Below, piece after piece: positions 28,181-37,764 of a DNA stretch of 64,000 nucleotides. Below the pieces are notes generated by a model. That model did no database searches, was not told where the DNA came from, and worked only from the letters and a program-made list of their open reading frames with translations. The DNA is taken from contig JAUXGA010000003.1 in NCBI GenBank assembly GCA_030622545.1, positions 86,748 to 150,747 on the forward strand, read 5' to 3'. Each line of letters opens with the position of its first letter. The first letter of the stretch is position 1. Origin of the DNA: a bacterium. Its GTDB lineage: Bacteria > Electryoneota > RPQS01 > DYHQ01. The position numbers and the translations under genes are program-made.

Positions 28181-28466
28181 AGGCGTTAAAATCAGCACGA
28201 TCCGTAAATGGACGCACTACAAGTTTATCCCTCATATTAAAATGCGGCGCACCGTACGGTTTGACCGCGATGAAATAGATGCGTGGTTAAACAGGCAGGT
28301 AAGTAGAGGGAGAACTCAAATTCGACGGCAGTCACTATCTGCCGATGGCTAGAGATCAGTTAATCGAAAGGCTCCAATTAAAGGGAGCCTTTCTTCTTAC
28401 TGGGGAGGGGAACGAAATTGGGCGGAATATTTATCTTAGTTCTTTGGCATATTCTTAATGCCGAGC

Positions 28467-29039
28467 TTAGTTGACCTGGAGAACATCATCCACCGTTCGC
28501 TTTAGGTTTCCATATGTGACTGGATCGACAAGTTTCTTGATAGTATTCAAAGTCACACTCTTTTGCTCCCTAAATTCTTTATTGATAATCTCAGTATTCA
28601 CAACATAGAATGCCCATTTGTTCAGGTCTAATATATTGGCTTGCTGGCTGTCTTGTTCGGTGAACAAACAGAAAACATAGCAATCTGAATATCGACCCTT
28701 AGTGGGTTTCTCTGTGTTCGTAGATGCATCCCAGCCTTGTTTTTTGGCTATGTCAAATACGATCTTTGATAGCTTCACCTGGGGCCATGATTGTACGTAG
28801 GCAGATGTCTTCACCTCGATTATATGACCGCGATAGCGAAGATCTACGTAATCCCACTCTATCCGTGGTTCGTTGGCGACTTCTAATGCTGTGGCTACGA
28901 GGAATTCGGCAAGCACAGACCGATTGGTATTCACCAACAAGTCGGAATACGCCCATGACCAGAAGTCCTTGACCGTAACATTCTTTGCCTTGTCGATATA
29001 TTCGGTTCCATCCAGCATCAACAGAGTTTTTGGCTTCAT
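28467..29039 (-). CDS. Hypothetical protein, possible small PD-(D/E)XK-fold nuclease; AT-rich cargo gene next to integrase 2
   Basis: 190 aa. Candidate D…EVK motif (DYVDLRYRGHIIEVKTS). Locally AT-rich relative to its neighbours. No recognisable family. Confidence 0.35.
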   Translation of the reverse strand: MKPKTLLMLDGTEYIDKAKNVTVKDFWSWAYSDLLVNTNRSVLAEFLVATALEVANEPRIEWDYVDLRYRGHIIEVKTSAYVQSWPQVKLSKIVFDIAKKQGWDASTNTEKPTKGRYSDCYVFCLFTEQDSQQANILDLNKWAFYVVNTEIINKEFREQKSVTLNTIKKLVDPVTYGNLKRTVDDVLQVN

Positions 29040-29066
29040 TATGGATACCTTTATGCTTGAATTCAG

Positions 29067-30191
29067 CTATTTCTTATCACTCTCACGCTTAGATCCAATT
29101 GCAATTTTGAGCTTCTTGATCTGTTGATGTTTGTGTTCAGGCAGTAGATTCAGGTACCGCTGTGTCTGGACGATACTGGAGTGACCGAGCCATTCCTGTA
29201 CGGTGCGGATGTCCACACCAGAGGCGAGGGCATTGGTGGCGAAGGTATGGCGGAAGAGATGAAGGCCGGTCATGTGGCGCCCTTTGTCGATGCGAACGCC
29301 TTCGTTTCTCTCTATGCGGTCAAGCAACGCAACCCATGTGTTTCGATTATGTCCCTTGGGATTGCCGTTTCGTCCTGTGAATACGTATGGAGTGGACTCA
29401 TCTCGTTGACGCCTAAGTTTCTTGAATCCTTCAATAGCTTCTGAATGAAGAGGAATAATTCGATCCTTGCGATTCTTTGTTCGGTGTGTTGTTGTGCTGC
29501 GAACTTTCAAATGTTCCTGTCCGGAAGTAAGATCTATATCCTGCCATTTCAGATACCTTGCTTCGCCGTCTCGCAAACCGGTATAGAGCAGGGTTTGATA
29601 GAAGGGTATCAGATGTTTTTGGGCATACTTGAAAATCAGTGCTAACTCATCAGGCGTTAGAATTTCAATAGGTGGTTTCTCAGCATATCTTTTGGTAATA
29701 TTAGCGGCAGGATTCCGCACAAGGTATTCTCTGCCTACTGCAAATCGGAAAAATCGTTTAATTGTGCCAAGTTCTTCGTTCCAAGTCTTAGCAGCGAGAA
29801 CTTCGGATCGATTGTCCAAGTGTTCTTCTATATCTTGTGTTGTAACCCTGACGAGGTTAATCAAACCATTGTCTTTGAGAAACCGTACAAAAGGTGAGAA
29901 CAACTGATTCAACCGCTTCGACCAAGAGGAAGACGTCTTATCGATCACACGAGAATAGAATTCCGCAATCACTTTCGGTGAACTTATACGCTGTTGGGGT
30001 AAGCCAGTAATGCCGCGTTCAAGATTCTTCTCAATATCGGCCTTGGCAAGCTCCGCCATCTTCTTGCCGGTAACTTTTAGAGATTTTTTAAGCTGTCTGC
30101 CGTTCTCCATATAAGTAATCCACCAGACTTTACCTGGTTTCTTCTGGCCCGAGGTTGGGTCGGTGATTTCACGACGATAGATTTTTGCCAT
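29067..30191 (-). CDS. Tyrosine-type site-specific recombinase / integrase (integrase 2) adjacent to tmRNA
   Basis: C-terminal LFRHTFATNALASGVDIRTVQEWLGHSSIVQTQRYLNL (HxxR…Y). Start at MAKIYRREI with the RBS AAGGAAAG; the ORF track extends to 30272. Confidence 0.85.
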   Translation of the reverse strand: MAKIYRREITDPTSGQKKPGKVWWITYMENGRQLKKSLKVTGKKMAELAKADIEKNLERGITGLPQQRISSPKVIAEFYSRVIDKTSSSWSKRLNQLFSPFVRFLKDNGLINLVRVTTQDIEEHLDNRSEVLAAKTWNEELGTIKRFFRFAVGREYLVRNPAANITKRYAEKPPIEILTPDELALIFKYAQKHLIPFYQTLLYTGLRDGEARYLKWQDIDLTSGQEHLKVRSTTTHRTKNRKDRIIPLHSEAIEGFKKLRRQRDESTPYVFTGRNGNPKGHNRNTWVALLDRIERNEGVRIDKGRHMTGLHLFRHTFATNALASGVDIRTVQEWLGHSSIVQTQRYLNLLPEHKHQQIKKLKIAIGSKRESDKK

Positions 30192-30252
30192 CAGTCTTTC
30201 CTTGTTTGCGTGGTTTAGAGTGTGACAGAATTTCGTATTGATTGCCCAAATT

Positions 30253-30274
30253 ACAGTACAAAAACAGTACATTT
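30253..30274. promoter_or_regulatory. Paired CAGTACA motifs (acagtacaaaaacagtacattt) between integrase 2 and the tmRNA 3' end; candidate arm-type sites
   Basis: Exact 15-mer match to 8846-8860. Positioned in the putative attL region. Confidence 0.4.
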
Positions 30275-30294
30275 GGATTTGGGTATAATATAAT

Positions 30295-30333
30295 AAAAAG
30301 AAAAACCCCTGTTAAGTAAGCACTTAACAAGGG
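30295..30333 (-). terminator. Rho-independent terminator of tmRNA
   Basis: CCCUUGUUAAGU…ACUUAACAGGGG hairpin followed by UUUUUCUUUUU on the minus strand. Confidence 0.65.
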
Positions 30334-30342
30334 CTAATTTGT

Positions 30343-30695
30343 GGAGACGGCGGGAATCGAACCCGCGTCCGAGAAGCGGACCACAGACGGTACCACAGGC
30401 TTCTTCGCTTGTTTAAAATCTCACTCCCAGGCCGCACAAACGACAAAACTATCAGGAGCCAGCCGCTAAATCTCGCGCGCTACTCGCGACACTGAAGCAC
30501 GCCAGCGGGTCTTAAATGGCGCTCGACTCATCAACCAACCCGCAAATCGGTGAGGAGCGTGCCACCTAATTCTTAGGCAGCAAGAGCATAAGTGCTATTG
30601 GCACTTGTGTTTTTGGGGTGTGATTATGGAGGATGCCCCAGCCTCCGCCTGCACCTTCTGCCACCCATTCATCCCGTCGAAACCAGATCGTCCCC
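30343..30695 (-). ncRNA. ssrA: tmRNA (SsrA)
   Basis: 5' end GGGGACGATCTGGTTTCGACGGGAT… and 3' end …GGACGCGGGTTCGATTCCCGCCGTCTCCA, a tRNA-Ala-like acceptor and T-arm. The internal tag reading frame is GCC AAT AGC ACT TAT GCT CTT GCT GCC TAA, giving (A)ANSTYALAA. Confidence 0.85.
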
Positions 30696-30825
30696 ATGAA
30701 TGCAGATGACGCTATTATAAGATAACACGAAATCAGCCCTGAGTCAAGTGCGCTGAAGCATATCCAATAACTCGCCGTTGTGTGGTCTCCTGACCCGCAA
30801 TGGCGTAACTAAAGAGGGGGTCACA

Positions 30826-32685
30826 TTATTTAACCAACAACAACTTCCTCACCTGCGCAAATCCCTCCGCTTCCATCCGGCACAGATAAATTCCCGACGG
30901 CATCCCGGCAGCATCCCATGTCATCGAATAAGAACCGGCGGAATGCTCTTCATGAGTCAGCGTTGTCACTTCACGCCCTAATAAATCGAATATCTTCAGC
31001 GAAACCAGTCCGGCTTCCTTCACATCATAGCGAATCGTTGTCACCGGATTGAACGGATTCGGATAGTTTTGGTGAAGGGCGAATTCAGTCGGCATCGCGT
31101 CCCTGCCGGGCGTGGTGGAAACGATATGTTCGTAGAACGTTTCGCGTCCGGCGATATCTACATCAGAAATTTGATATTCATATGTAGTGCCATTCTGCAC
31201 CCACGAATCTACAAATTGATAATCATGCGGCTCGGCGGTTGTTCCATGACCGGGGATTTCAGTTAGCCTGTGAAAATCTTCTTCTCCAGTTTTGCGTTTG
31301 TACAAGACAAAGTGGTCGTTGTTGAGCTCGCTTGCCGTCTGCCAGTGGAGCGTCACTTGCCCATCACCTGCGACAGCTTGAAACGTCGTCATTTCTACAG
31401 GTAACGGAATATCACGCCAATGCTCATAAGCTCCAATATCCGGTAATGAACCCGGTGGATTTGGTCGTGGATTACCATCCATATCAAACGGCGGTGGATC
31501 AGTCGGATCTGCTGCACCAATACAAGGGCTATAGTCGTCGAGGTGAAAATCGCTCGCTGCCGTGTCGGCAAGCAATGGATCAAGGAAGATGTTGTTGTAT
31601 TGATCACAAGAATCTCCGTTAGAATTGGTTGTTACAAGCTCTCCGATGCTTGTCGGTCCATTCGAAGGGTCATCGTTGTAAAAAGCGAAATTACCGGCGC
31701 TGTTGCCAAAGAAGTCGCAATAGGAAACCTGACTGCCTGCGCCGTCCTCAAACTCAAAGTAGATGCCCGAGCCATTAGAAAAGGCGATAATCGTGCTGTT
31801 GAAGACCAGCGAAGAATAGCCGCAATACACACCACCGCCGGTGTTTGCCGCGTTGTTGCTGAGCGTGCAATTCGTAAAGAGCGGCGAACAATAGCCATAG
31901 CAATACACCCCGCCACCATTGAATGCCCAGTTGTCGCTGAGGGTGCAATTGGTGAAGGTCGGCGAAGAATCCCAACTGAAATACGCCCCGCCGCCGGTGT
32001 CGCCTGCCGAGTTGCCGCTTATCGTGCAATACATTAAGGTCGGCGAGGAATTGGAGAAATATACCCCACCGGCGCATGAGGATGCCCAGTTGCCGCTCAC
32101 AGCGCAATTCGTGAAGCTCGGCGAAGAATACCAGTTGCACAACACCCCGCCGCCGCAGTTTGACGCCGAGTTGCTGGCGATTAAGCAATTCGTGAAGCTC
32201 GGCGCAGAATAATATTCGCAAAACACCCCGGCGCCGAAGGATGCTGAGTTGTTGCTGATAGTGCAATGCGCAAAGCTTGGTGAAGAATTGTTGCAAAACA
32301 CTCCTCCGCCGTATGTATTCGGATAGCCATCAATCGCTAAGCCTTTCTCGATGAGGCAATAGGCCAGTCGGCTACCCGAACTGCCCGAATAGAAGCGTAG
32401 TCCCTGCCAGCGGTTCGAACCTGATTGTTCCGTCGTGAATACAATCGAATCACTTTCAGTTCCTTCGGCCAAGAGCGTTCCGTAGATGCGGAATGGATAT
32501 GGCCCATCAAAGTGAAAGATCGTCCCGGGTTGAAGCGTTAGGCTATCTCCCGATTCAATTGAAATATCTCCAACAACGTGATACGTTCCGGGGCCCAAAA
32601 TACCGTTTAGAGCGCCAGAAATATCCGTCCCAAAAGTCACCTGCGCACAGGCGAGAACGAGTAAACTGATTAGAGTGTTTCGCAT
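30826..32685 (-). CDS. Secreted parallel beta-helix (PbH1-repeat) protein with Fn3-like domain and T9SS C-terminal sorting domain (cassette paralog A)
   Basis: Signal peptide. About 10 tandem 22-aa repeats of type NCxISxNSAxxGGGVYC. The C-terminal 190 aa are about 90% identical to the tail of 44290-46332. Confidence 0.8.
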   Translation of the reverse strand: MRNTLISLLVLACAQVTFGTDISGALNGILGPGTYHVVGDISIESGDSLTLQPGTIFHFDGPYPFRIYGTLLAEGTESDSIVFTTEQSGSNRWQGLRFYSGSSGSRLAYCLIEKGLAIDGYPNTYGGGVFCNNSSPSFAHCTISNNSASFGAGVFCEYYSAPSFTNCLIASNSASNCGGGVLCNWYSSPSFTNCAVSGNWASSCAGGVYFSNSSPTLMYCTISGNSAGDTGGGAYFSWDSSPTFTNCTLSDNWAFNGGGVYCYGYCSPLFTNCTLSNNAANTGGGVYCGYSSLVFNSTIIAFSNGSGIYFEFEDGAGSQVSYCDFFGNSAGNFAFYNDDPSNGPTSIGELVTTNSNGDSCDQYNNIFLDPLLADTAASDFHLDDYSPCIGAADPTDPPPFDMDGNPRPNPPGSLPDIGAYEHWRDIPLPVEMTTFQAVAGDGQVTLHWQTASELNNDHFVLYKRKTGEEDFHRLTEIPGHGTTAEPHDYQFVDSWVQNGTTYEYQISDVDIAGRETFYEHIVSTTPGRDAMPTEFALHQNYPNPFNPVTTIRYDVKEAGLVSLKIFDLLGREVTTLTHEEHSAGSYSMTWDAAGMPSGIYLCRMEAEGFAQVRKLLLVK

Positions 32686-32888
32686 GGTTTTACCCCTGTA
32701 TAAAAAAGGCTGATATGAACTTCAGGAATCTGTGTAAATAAATATAAATCAACCTGCTCGGAATTGCAAGAGAATATGCGATTTTATTTCATTTTTCCAA
32801 TGCTCTAAATTCTTTGAAGAATAGGATATTACAGATTGCCGGAGGGTTTGTGGTGGGTCAATAGTCGTTGATGCCTCTTTTGTCTCGG

Positions 32889-32923
32889 CATTCCGGGCAG
32901 ATCAGGGGATCTGCCTCGGCGAG
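32889..32923 (+). repeat. 35-bp palindrome-containing intergenic repeat, copy 1
   Basis: CATTCCGGGCAGATCAGGGGATCTGCCTCGGCGAG, with the internal inverted repeat GGCAGATC…GATCTGCC. A degenerate partial copy lies at 32963-32984. Confidence 0.8.
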
Positions 32924-33024
32924 ATGTTGCGTAACCCGGCTCGGCGGGGAGCCGACTTTCAACATTCCGGGCAGTCTGCGCGAGAGGTAAACGGCACCCA
33001 CTCGCGGCGATAAGTTGGATTGAA

Positions 33025-33059
33025 CATTCCGGGCAGATCAGGAGATCTGCCTCGGCGAG
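33025..33059 (+). repeat. 35-bp palindrome-containing intergenic repeat, copy 2
   Basis: CATTCCGGGCAGATCAGGAGATCTGCCTCGGCGAG. Confidence 0.8.
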
Positions 33060-33475
33060 TTTTTATCGAGGGACTCTGCTCGGTGGGATGAATATAATTA
33101 TGCAATTATTGCGCAACCCGTAAAATTCTTGCGCGGGGAATGGTGAGAGTTTGTTCTATGCTGAATTTGAATTCTCTAAGACAAAATGAATCAGAAATAG
33201 TAATCAAGGTCTTAAATATCCTCTCGAAGTTTATTATTATCAGTTAATAAACTCAGAATACTCGAATAGATTGAGCGTTTGAGAGAGTTCTTACAGGCTT
33301 GATTTTTTCATAGGAGTCGCTATCAAATGCGCGTGCTAAGAAGGTTGCTTATTGGCATAAAATTTGGTATCTTGTATTGATATGGAGACTATCCGCCGGC
33401 TTCTTGAAAACCGGCAATCCTCCCTTTTAATAAGCAGCAGCTTTGTAAAGGCGAATTTAGGAGGAGGTAACAGCA

Positions 33476-36400
33476 ATGCGTACGCGATTATGGGTTCTCT
33501 TATTCTTAATCCCAGGGTTTGTACTGGCTCAGACGCCCGCGTCTCAAAACGTGGAAGAAACTCACGAACTTTACCGCCAGTACTTCTCTCAGAAAGAAAA
33601 CTTAGGAAGCGGGACGGGTTTCAAACCCTGGAAGAGAGCCGAGTGGTTCTGGGGACAACGCGCTTTTCCGTCCGGAGTGATTCCGGCTGGTGCACGCTGG
33701 GAAGCTTATCAGCAGATGCTGAAAATGCCGCGCGCTCATGTAGACGACCAGTGGGAAGAACTCGGCCCAGCAAATATCGGCGGTCGCACGCGTGTTATTC
33801 GTTTCCATCCCAACAATCCGGATATCATGTTCGCCGGTTCTGTTTCAGGTGGTTTGTGGAAGAGCACTGACGCGGGTCATGTCTGGTTTCCCATCACGGA
33901 TTACCTGCCGAATATTGCGGTGGGCGCTTTCGAGTTTGATCCACTGCATCCGGACACGATGTATCTTGGCACGGGTGAAGGAACTTACAATATTGACGCC
34001 GTGCTTGGCATAGGTCTGCTTAAGAGTACCGATGGCGGCGTTACTTGGGAGCAGACCGCTCTTTCATGGCCTTATTCATCCGACGGAGCTGTCAATAAAA
34101 TCAGCGTTGATCCGGTCAATCCGGAGAATATCATTGTTGCGACACGCACGGGCTTGCGACGCACGACCGATGGAGGAGTTTCGTTTTCGACTCCTTTCGG
34201 TGGTGTAACCGGTGATTTCAAAGACGTACAGCGTGATCCGCAGAATCCGGACACTCTTCTTGCGTCAGCAGGAAATCCTTGGGGCGCAGCTACGAATGGA
34301 ATCTATAAATCCACGGATGGTGGAGCCACATGGTCTCGGCGAACGAGCGGATTGCCTCCAACCAATTCCATGGGACGGAGTATTCTTGCGTATTACGAAA
34401 GCAATTCTGCGGTTGTTTACTGCGGTATCTCGGAAACGTTCAGTGCTGGAGGGATGACGATTGGAATTTATCGGAGTATCGATGGAGGAGAGATTTGGGC
34501 TGCCATGAATACGACCACTGAGATTTTCTCCGAGCAGGGCTGGTATGATATGATGCTGGCGGTTCACCCCACGAATTCCGCGCTGGTTTTTGCAGCCGGT
34601 CGCTACATGTTCCGTTCCACGAACAGCGGAAGTCACTGGAGTCAGGTCGGACAAACGGTTCACGTGGATTTTCATGAATTCGTATTCCATCCGAATAATT
34701 CCTCTATCGTGTTTGTCGGAACGGATGGCGGCCTCTTCATGTCTTATAACTGCGAAAGTAATGTATGGGAAGAAAGAAACACGGACTACGTCACGCATCA
34801 ATACTATGGTTTCGGGAACGCTACCATCGATACGAATTTAGCCTTCGGTGGCGCGCAGGATAACGGCACGACGCGCTGGCGCGGGGCTCGCGATTGGGAC
34901 TGGGTTTATGGGGGAGACGGTGGTTACTGTGTTGTGGATTGGAGCAACGATAATACTGTTTATGCGGAATGGCAATTCGGTCACCACGTTCGGTCACTCA
35001 ATGGCGGCAACTCGTTTTATCCTATTCAAACCGGAATCGTTGGTAATGGTCCTTGGGTGACGCCCGTGATTCAGGATCCGTTCGAACCGTTCACGCTGTA
35101 CACGACAGCCGGCGCCGGGCAAATCTACATCACGACGAATCGTGGTACCCAATGGGATTCGCTGGGCAGTCCGATTGGTGGAGAGGTACTATCGATTGCG
35201 GCTTCTCCCGTATTGCCGGAGAGACTCTACGCCGCGCGCGGCGGTGGTGTCTATCGGAAAGATCCCGGTTCTACCATCTGGACGTCGGCATCATCGGGCT
35301 TACCGGGTTCTTATGTGACTCGCGTCGTCGCTGCGCTGGGGAATCCGGATGGAGTCTATGCGACGATTTCAGGCTTTGGCGGCAGTCATGTGTTCTGGTC
35401 GAGTGATGCCGGGGCACATTGGGAAAATATTACAGGAGATTTGCCTAATGTTCCCGTGCAGGATATTGCGATTAATTTGAACGACGCGTCCACGCTCTAT
35501 GTCGGCACAGACCTCGGAGTTTATCAGACGACGAATCACGGCCAGAACTGGGAAATTTTTGGTTCAGGTTTTCCGGTGGTGGTCGTCGATGATATGGAGA
35601 TGCAGGCCAGAACAGGGATGCTGCGCGCAGCGACTCACGGACGCGGTTTGTGGCAGATTCCTACGGGCAATCCATCGGTGAGTTTTCTCTATCCGAATGG
35701 GAGTGAATTGTTAGCGGTTGGCACACCGATTGAGATGCGCTGGGCGGGAGAGGATTTCAGCGGCGATGTTTCCATTGAGCTCAATCGCGAATACCCCGGC
35801 GACACATGGGAACCCTTGTATACTTCCACACCGAATGACGGCGCTGCAGACTGGACGGTGACCGAACCTCTTACGAATCATGCGCGTTTCCGAATTACGC
35901 ATCTGACTTTGCCGGATCAAAACGATACAACGAACGCGGATACACGCATCGTCGAACCCGGTTTGCGCTTAAGTTCGCCGAATGGCGGAGAAGCCATCTA
36001 CGTGACAGCGAACACCTATATCACCTTCGAAAGAATCCTTCTGAACGATACTCTGGTCATCGAATTGAATCGTGATTATCCGTCCGGCGAGTGGGAATCC
36101 ATCGATGAAGCCGTGATTGCGGATTTGGAAATACGTTGGCTGGTGCGCGGCGCTTCCAGCGATAATGCCCGCATGCGCATCACTTCGCTGACGAATCCGA
36201 GCATTGGGGATACGTCGGATGCTGATTTCTCACTTGTGACTCCTGAGATGACGTTGTTCTATCCCAATGGCGGTGAGCTGCTGTATGTGGACAGCACCGT
36301 CAGCATCGAATGGAGCGCTCCGGATATCGAAGGCCGCGTACAGATTTCCATTAATCGCGACTATCCCGATGGCGATTGGACGCATGTTTATTCCAACACG

Positions 36401-36820
36401 TCCAACGACGGCCAACAAAACTGGACAGTCAGCGAACCTATTTCAGAGAATTGCCGGATGCGAGTGAGAGCGATTATGGCGACGGAAGTCGAAGTCATCA
36501 GTGGAGATGATTTTGAAATTCAATCACTGTCAACACCGTCACTTGCGACAATCCCGACGGCTTTCCGCGTTTTGCCGCCGGCGCCGAATCCCTTCAATCC
36601 TGAGACAGTTATTACTTTCGAGTTGCCATCACTGCGGCAAGTAAAAATCGAAGTTTTTAACCGATTGGGCAGGCGCGTCAGCGTCTTGAAGGAAGAAACC
36701 ATGCCTGCCGGTGTGCATCGGGTGACATTCAATGGCGCGAGTTTGAGTTCGGGAATATACTTTATCCGCGTGCAAGCAGGCTCCGAATTCGATATTGCAA
36801 AAGTGGCTTTGGTTCGTTAA
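33476..36820 (+). CDS. Large secreted BNR/Asp-box (Sortilin/Ycf48-like) beta-propeller protein with four C-terminal ~95-aa repeats and a T9SS sorting domain
   Basis: Signal peptide. At least 8 S/T-x-D-G-G-x-T/S-W motifs. Repeated module …LYPNG(S/G)E.L…I.EL NR(E/D)YP.G.WE…. The tail is PNPFNPETVITFELP…GIYFIRV…VALVR. Confidence 0.8.
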   Translation: MRTRLWVLLFLIPGFVLAQTPASQNVEETHELYRQYFSQKENLGSGTGFKPWKRAEWFWGQRAFPSGVIPAGARWEAYQQMLKMPRAHVDDQWEELGPANIGGRTRVIRFHPNNPDIMFAGSVSGGLWKSTDAGHVWFPITDYLPNIAVGAFEFDPLHPDTMYLGTGEGTYNIDAVLGIGLLKSTDGGVTWEQTALSWPYSSDGAVNKISVDPVNPENIIVATRTGLRRTTDGGVSFSTPFGGVTGDFKDVQRDPQNPDTLLASAGNPWGAATNGIYKSTDGGATWSRRTSGLPPTNSMGRSILAYYESNSAVVYCGISETFSAGGMTIGIYRSIDGGEIWAAMNTTTEIFSEQGWYDMMLAVHPTNSALVFAAGRYMFRSTNSGSHWSQVGQTVHVDFHEFVFHPNNSSIVFVGTDGGLFMSYNCESNVWEERNTDYVTHQYYGFGNATIDTNLAFGGAQDNGTTRWRGARDWDWVYGGDGGYCVVDWSNDNTVYAEWQFGHHVRSLNGGNSFYPIQTGIVGNGPWVTPVIQDPFEPFTLYTTAGAGQIYITTNRGTQWDSLGSPIGGEVLSIAASPVLPERLYAARGGGVYRKDPGSTIWTSASSGLPGSYVTRVVAALGNPDGVYATISGFGGSHVFWSSDAGAHWENITGDLPNVPVQDIAINLNDASTLYVGTDLGVYQTTNHGQNWEIFGSGFPVVVVDDMEMQARTGMLRAATHGRGLWQIPTGNPSVSFLYPNGSELLAVGTPIEMRWAGEDFSGDVSIELNREYPGDTWEPLYTSTPNDGAADWTVTEPLTNHARFRITHLTLPDQNDTTNADTRIVEPGLRLSSPNGGEAIYVTANTYITFERILLNDTLVIELNRDYPSGEWESIDEAVIADLEIRWLVRGASSDNARMRITSLTNPSIGDTSDADFSLVTPEMTLFYPNGGELLYVDSTVSIEWSAPDIEGRVQISINRDYPDGDWTHVYSNTSNDGQQNWTVSEPISENCRMRVRAIMATEVEVISGDDFEIQSLSTPSLATIPTAFRVLPPAPNPFNPETVITFELPSLRQVKIEVFNRLGRRVSVLKEETMPAGVHRVTFNGASLSSGIYFIRVQAGSEFDIAKVALVR

Positions 36821-36843
36821 AATATTTTTCTAAAGCAGACGCC

Positions 36844-36880
36844 GGGGAGTTCTTTGTGCTCCCCGATCTGTCTCTTTTAT
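36844..36880 (+). terminator. Rho-independent terminator after the BNR gene
   Basis: GGGGAGTTCTTTGTGCTCCCC hairpin followed by a T-rich run. Confidence 0.55.
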
Positions 36881-36912
36881 TTAGATTATCACCTTTCCCC
36901 ACCTGATTTCCC

Positions 36913-37764
36913 ATGGAACTTTTCCGAATCGGATTTATTCCCGTTACCCTGATTGATGTTCTGGATGTTCTGGTCGTCACGTTTATCTTCTGGAAACTCT
37001 ATCAGATTATGCGAGGGACGCGAGCGTCTCAGATGTTCGCGGGGCTTCTCGTTCTCTTTGTCTTTGCCATCCTCTCTCGAGTGTTGAACATGAGCGGCAC
37101 AAGCTGGCTCGTACAGAGTGTCGTTACAGTCTGGGTGGTCGCGTTCGTGATTCTTTTTCAGCCGGAACTGCGGCGATTTCTGATGCAGCTTGGGCAGAAC
37201 CGGCTGGTGCGAGTGCTTTTCAAAACGGAAGGCGCGCGTACTCTCGATGCGGTGGCTCGCGCCGCCGCGCAGCTCTCGAATCGTCGTATAGGCGGCCTGA
37301 TCGTTATTCAGCGCGATTCCAACATTCATTCCATCGCGGAAAGCGGCGTGCGCATTCAAGGCGAAGTTACAGCGGAACTCCTGCTTTCCATTTTTCATCA
37401 GCGAACGCCGCTGCATGATGGAGCAGTCATTATTACCGGAACAACCTTAGAAGCCGCCCGTTGTTTGCTGCCCTTAAGTGAGAATCCCGATTTGGATTCG
37501 GAACTCGGAACACGTCATCGCGCCGCTCTGGGAGTCACGGAAGAATATGACTGCGTCACGGTGGTTGTTTCGGAAGAGACCGGAACGATTTCACTGGCGC
37601 ACGATGGGAAATTCGCCGCACGGAACCTCGGCGAACCGGAACTGCGCGACGCCCTAAATCATCTTTGCGAACGAGGAAAGATTGGCCGCAAGAAAAAAGA
37701 AAAAAAGAGAGACGCAAAAGGACAAGACGACGCGAGCGCAGAAGATATGGCAGCGTCTGGTTGA
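36913..37764 (+). CDS. cdaA: Diadenylate cyclase (c-di-AMP synthase) CdaA
   Basis: Three N-terminal TM helices. DAC-domain motifs DGAVIITG, GTRHRAALG and VSEETG. Confidence 0.8.
   Translation: MELFRIGFIPVTLIDVLDVLVVTFIFWKLYQIMRGTRASQMFAGLLVLFVFAILSRVLNMSGTSWLVQSVVTVWVVAFVILFQPELRRFLMQLGQNRLVRVLFKTEGARTLDAVARAAAQLSNRRIGGLIVIQRDSNIHSIAESGVRIQGEVTAELLLSIFHQRTPLHDGAVIITGTTLEAARCLLPLSENPDLDSELGTRHRAALGVTEEYDCVTVVVSEETGTISLAHDGKFAARNLGEPELRDALNHLCERGKIGRKKKEKKRDAKGQDDASAEDMAASG

Larger units (their letters stand above)
26982..28352 (+). pseudogene. AlpA/Xis-like HTH (excisionase-family) gene interrupted by an IS630-family insertion
   Basis: Removing 27048-28180 plus one TA joins 26982-27047 to 28183-28352 in frame. 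The result is MKFGLPETITLPSLRYTFASHLGVKISTIRKWTHYKFIPHIKMRRTVRFDRDEIDAWLNRQ…, which matches the AlpA/Xis pattern HTH…(K/R)W…R…DI/V..WL. Confidence 0.5.
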
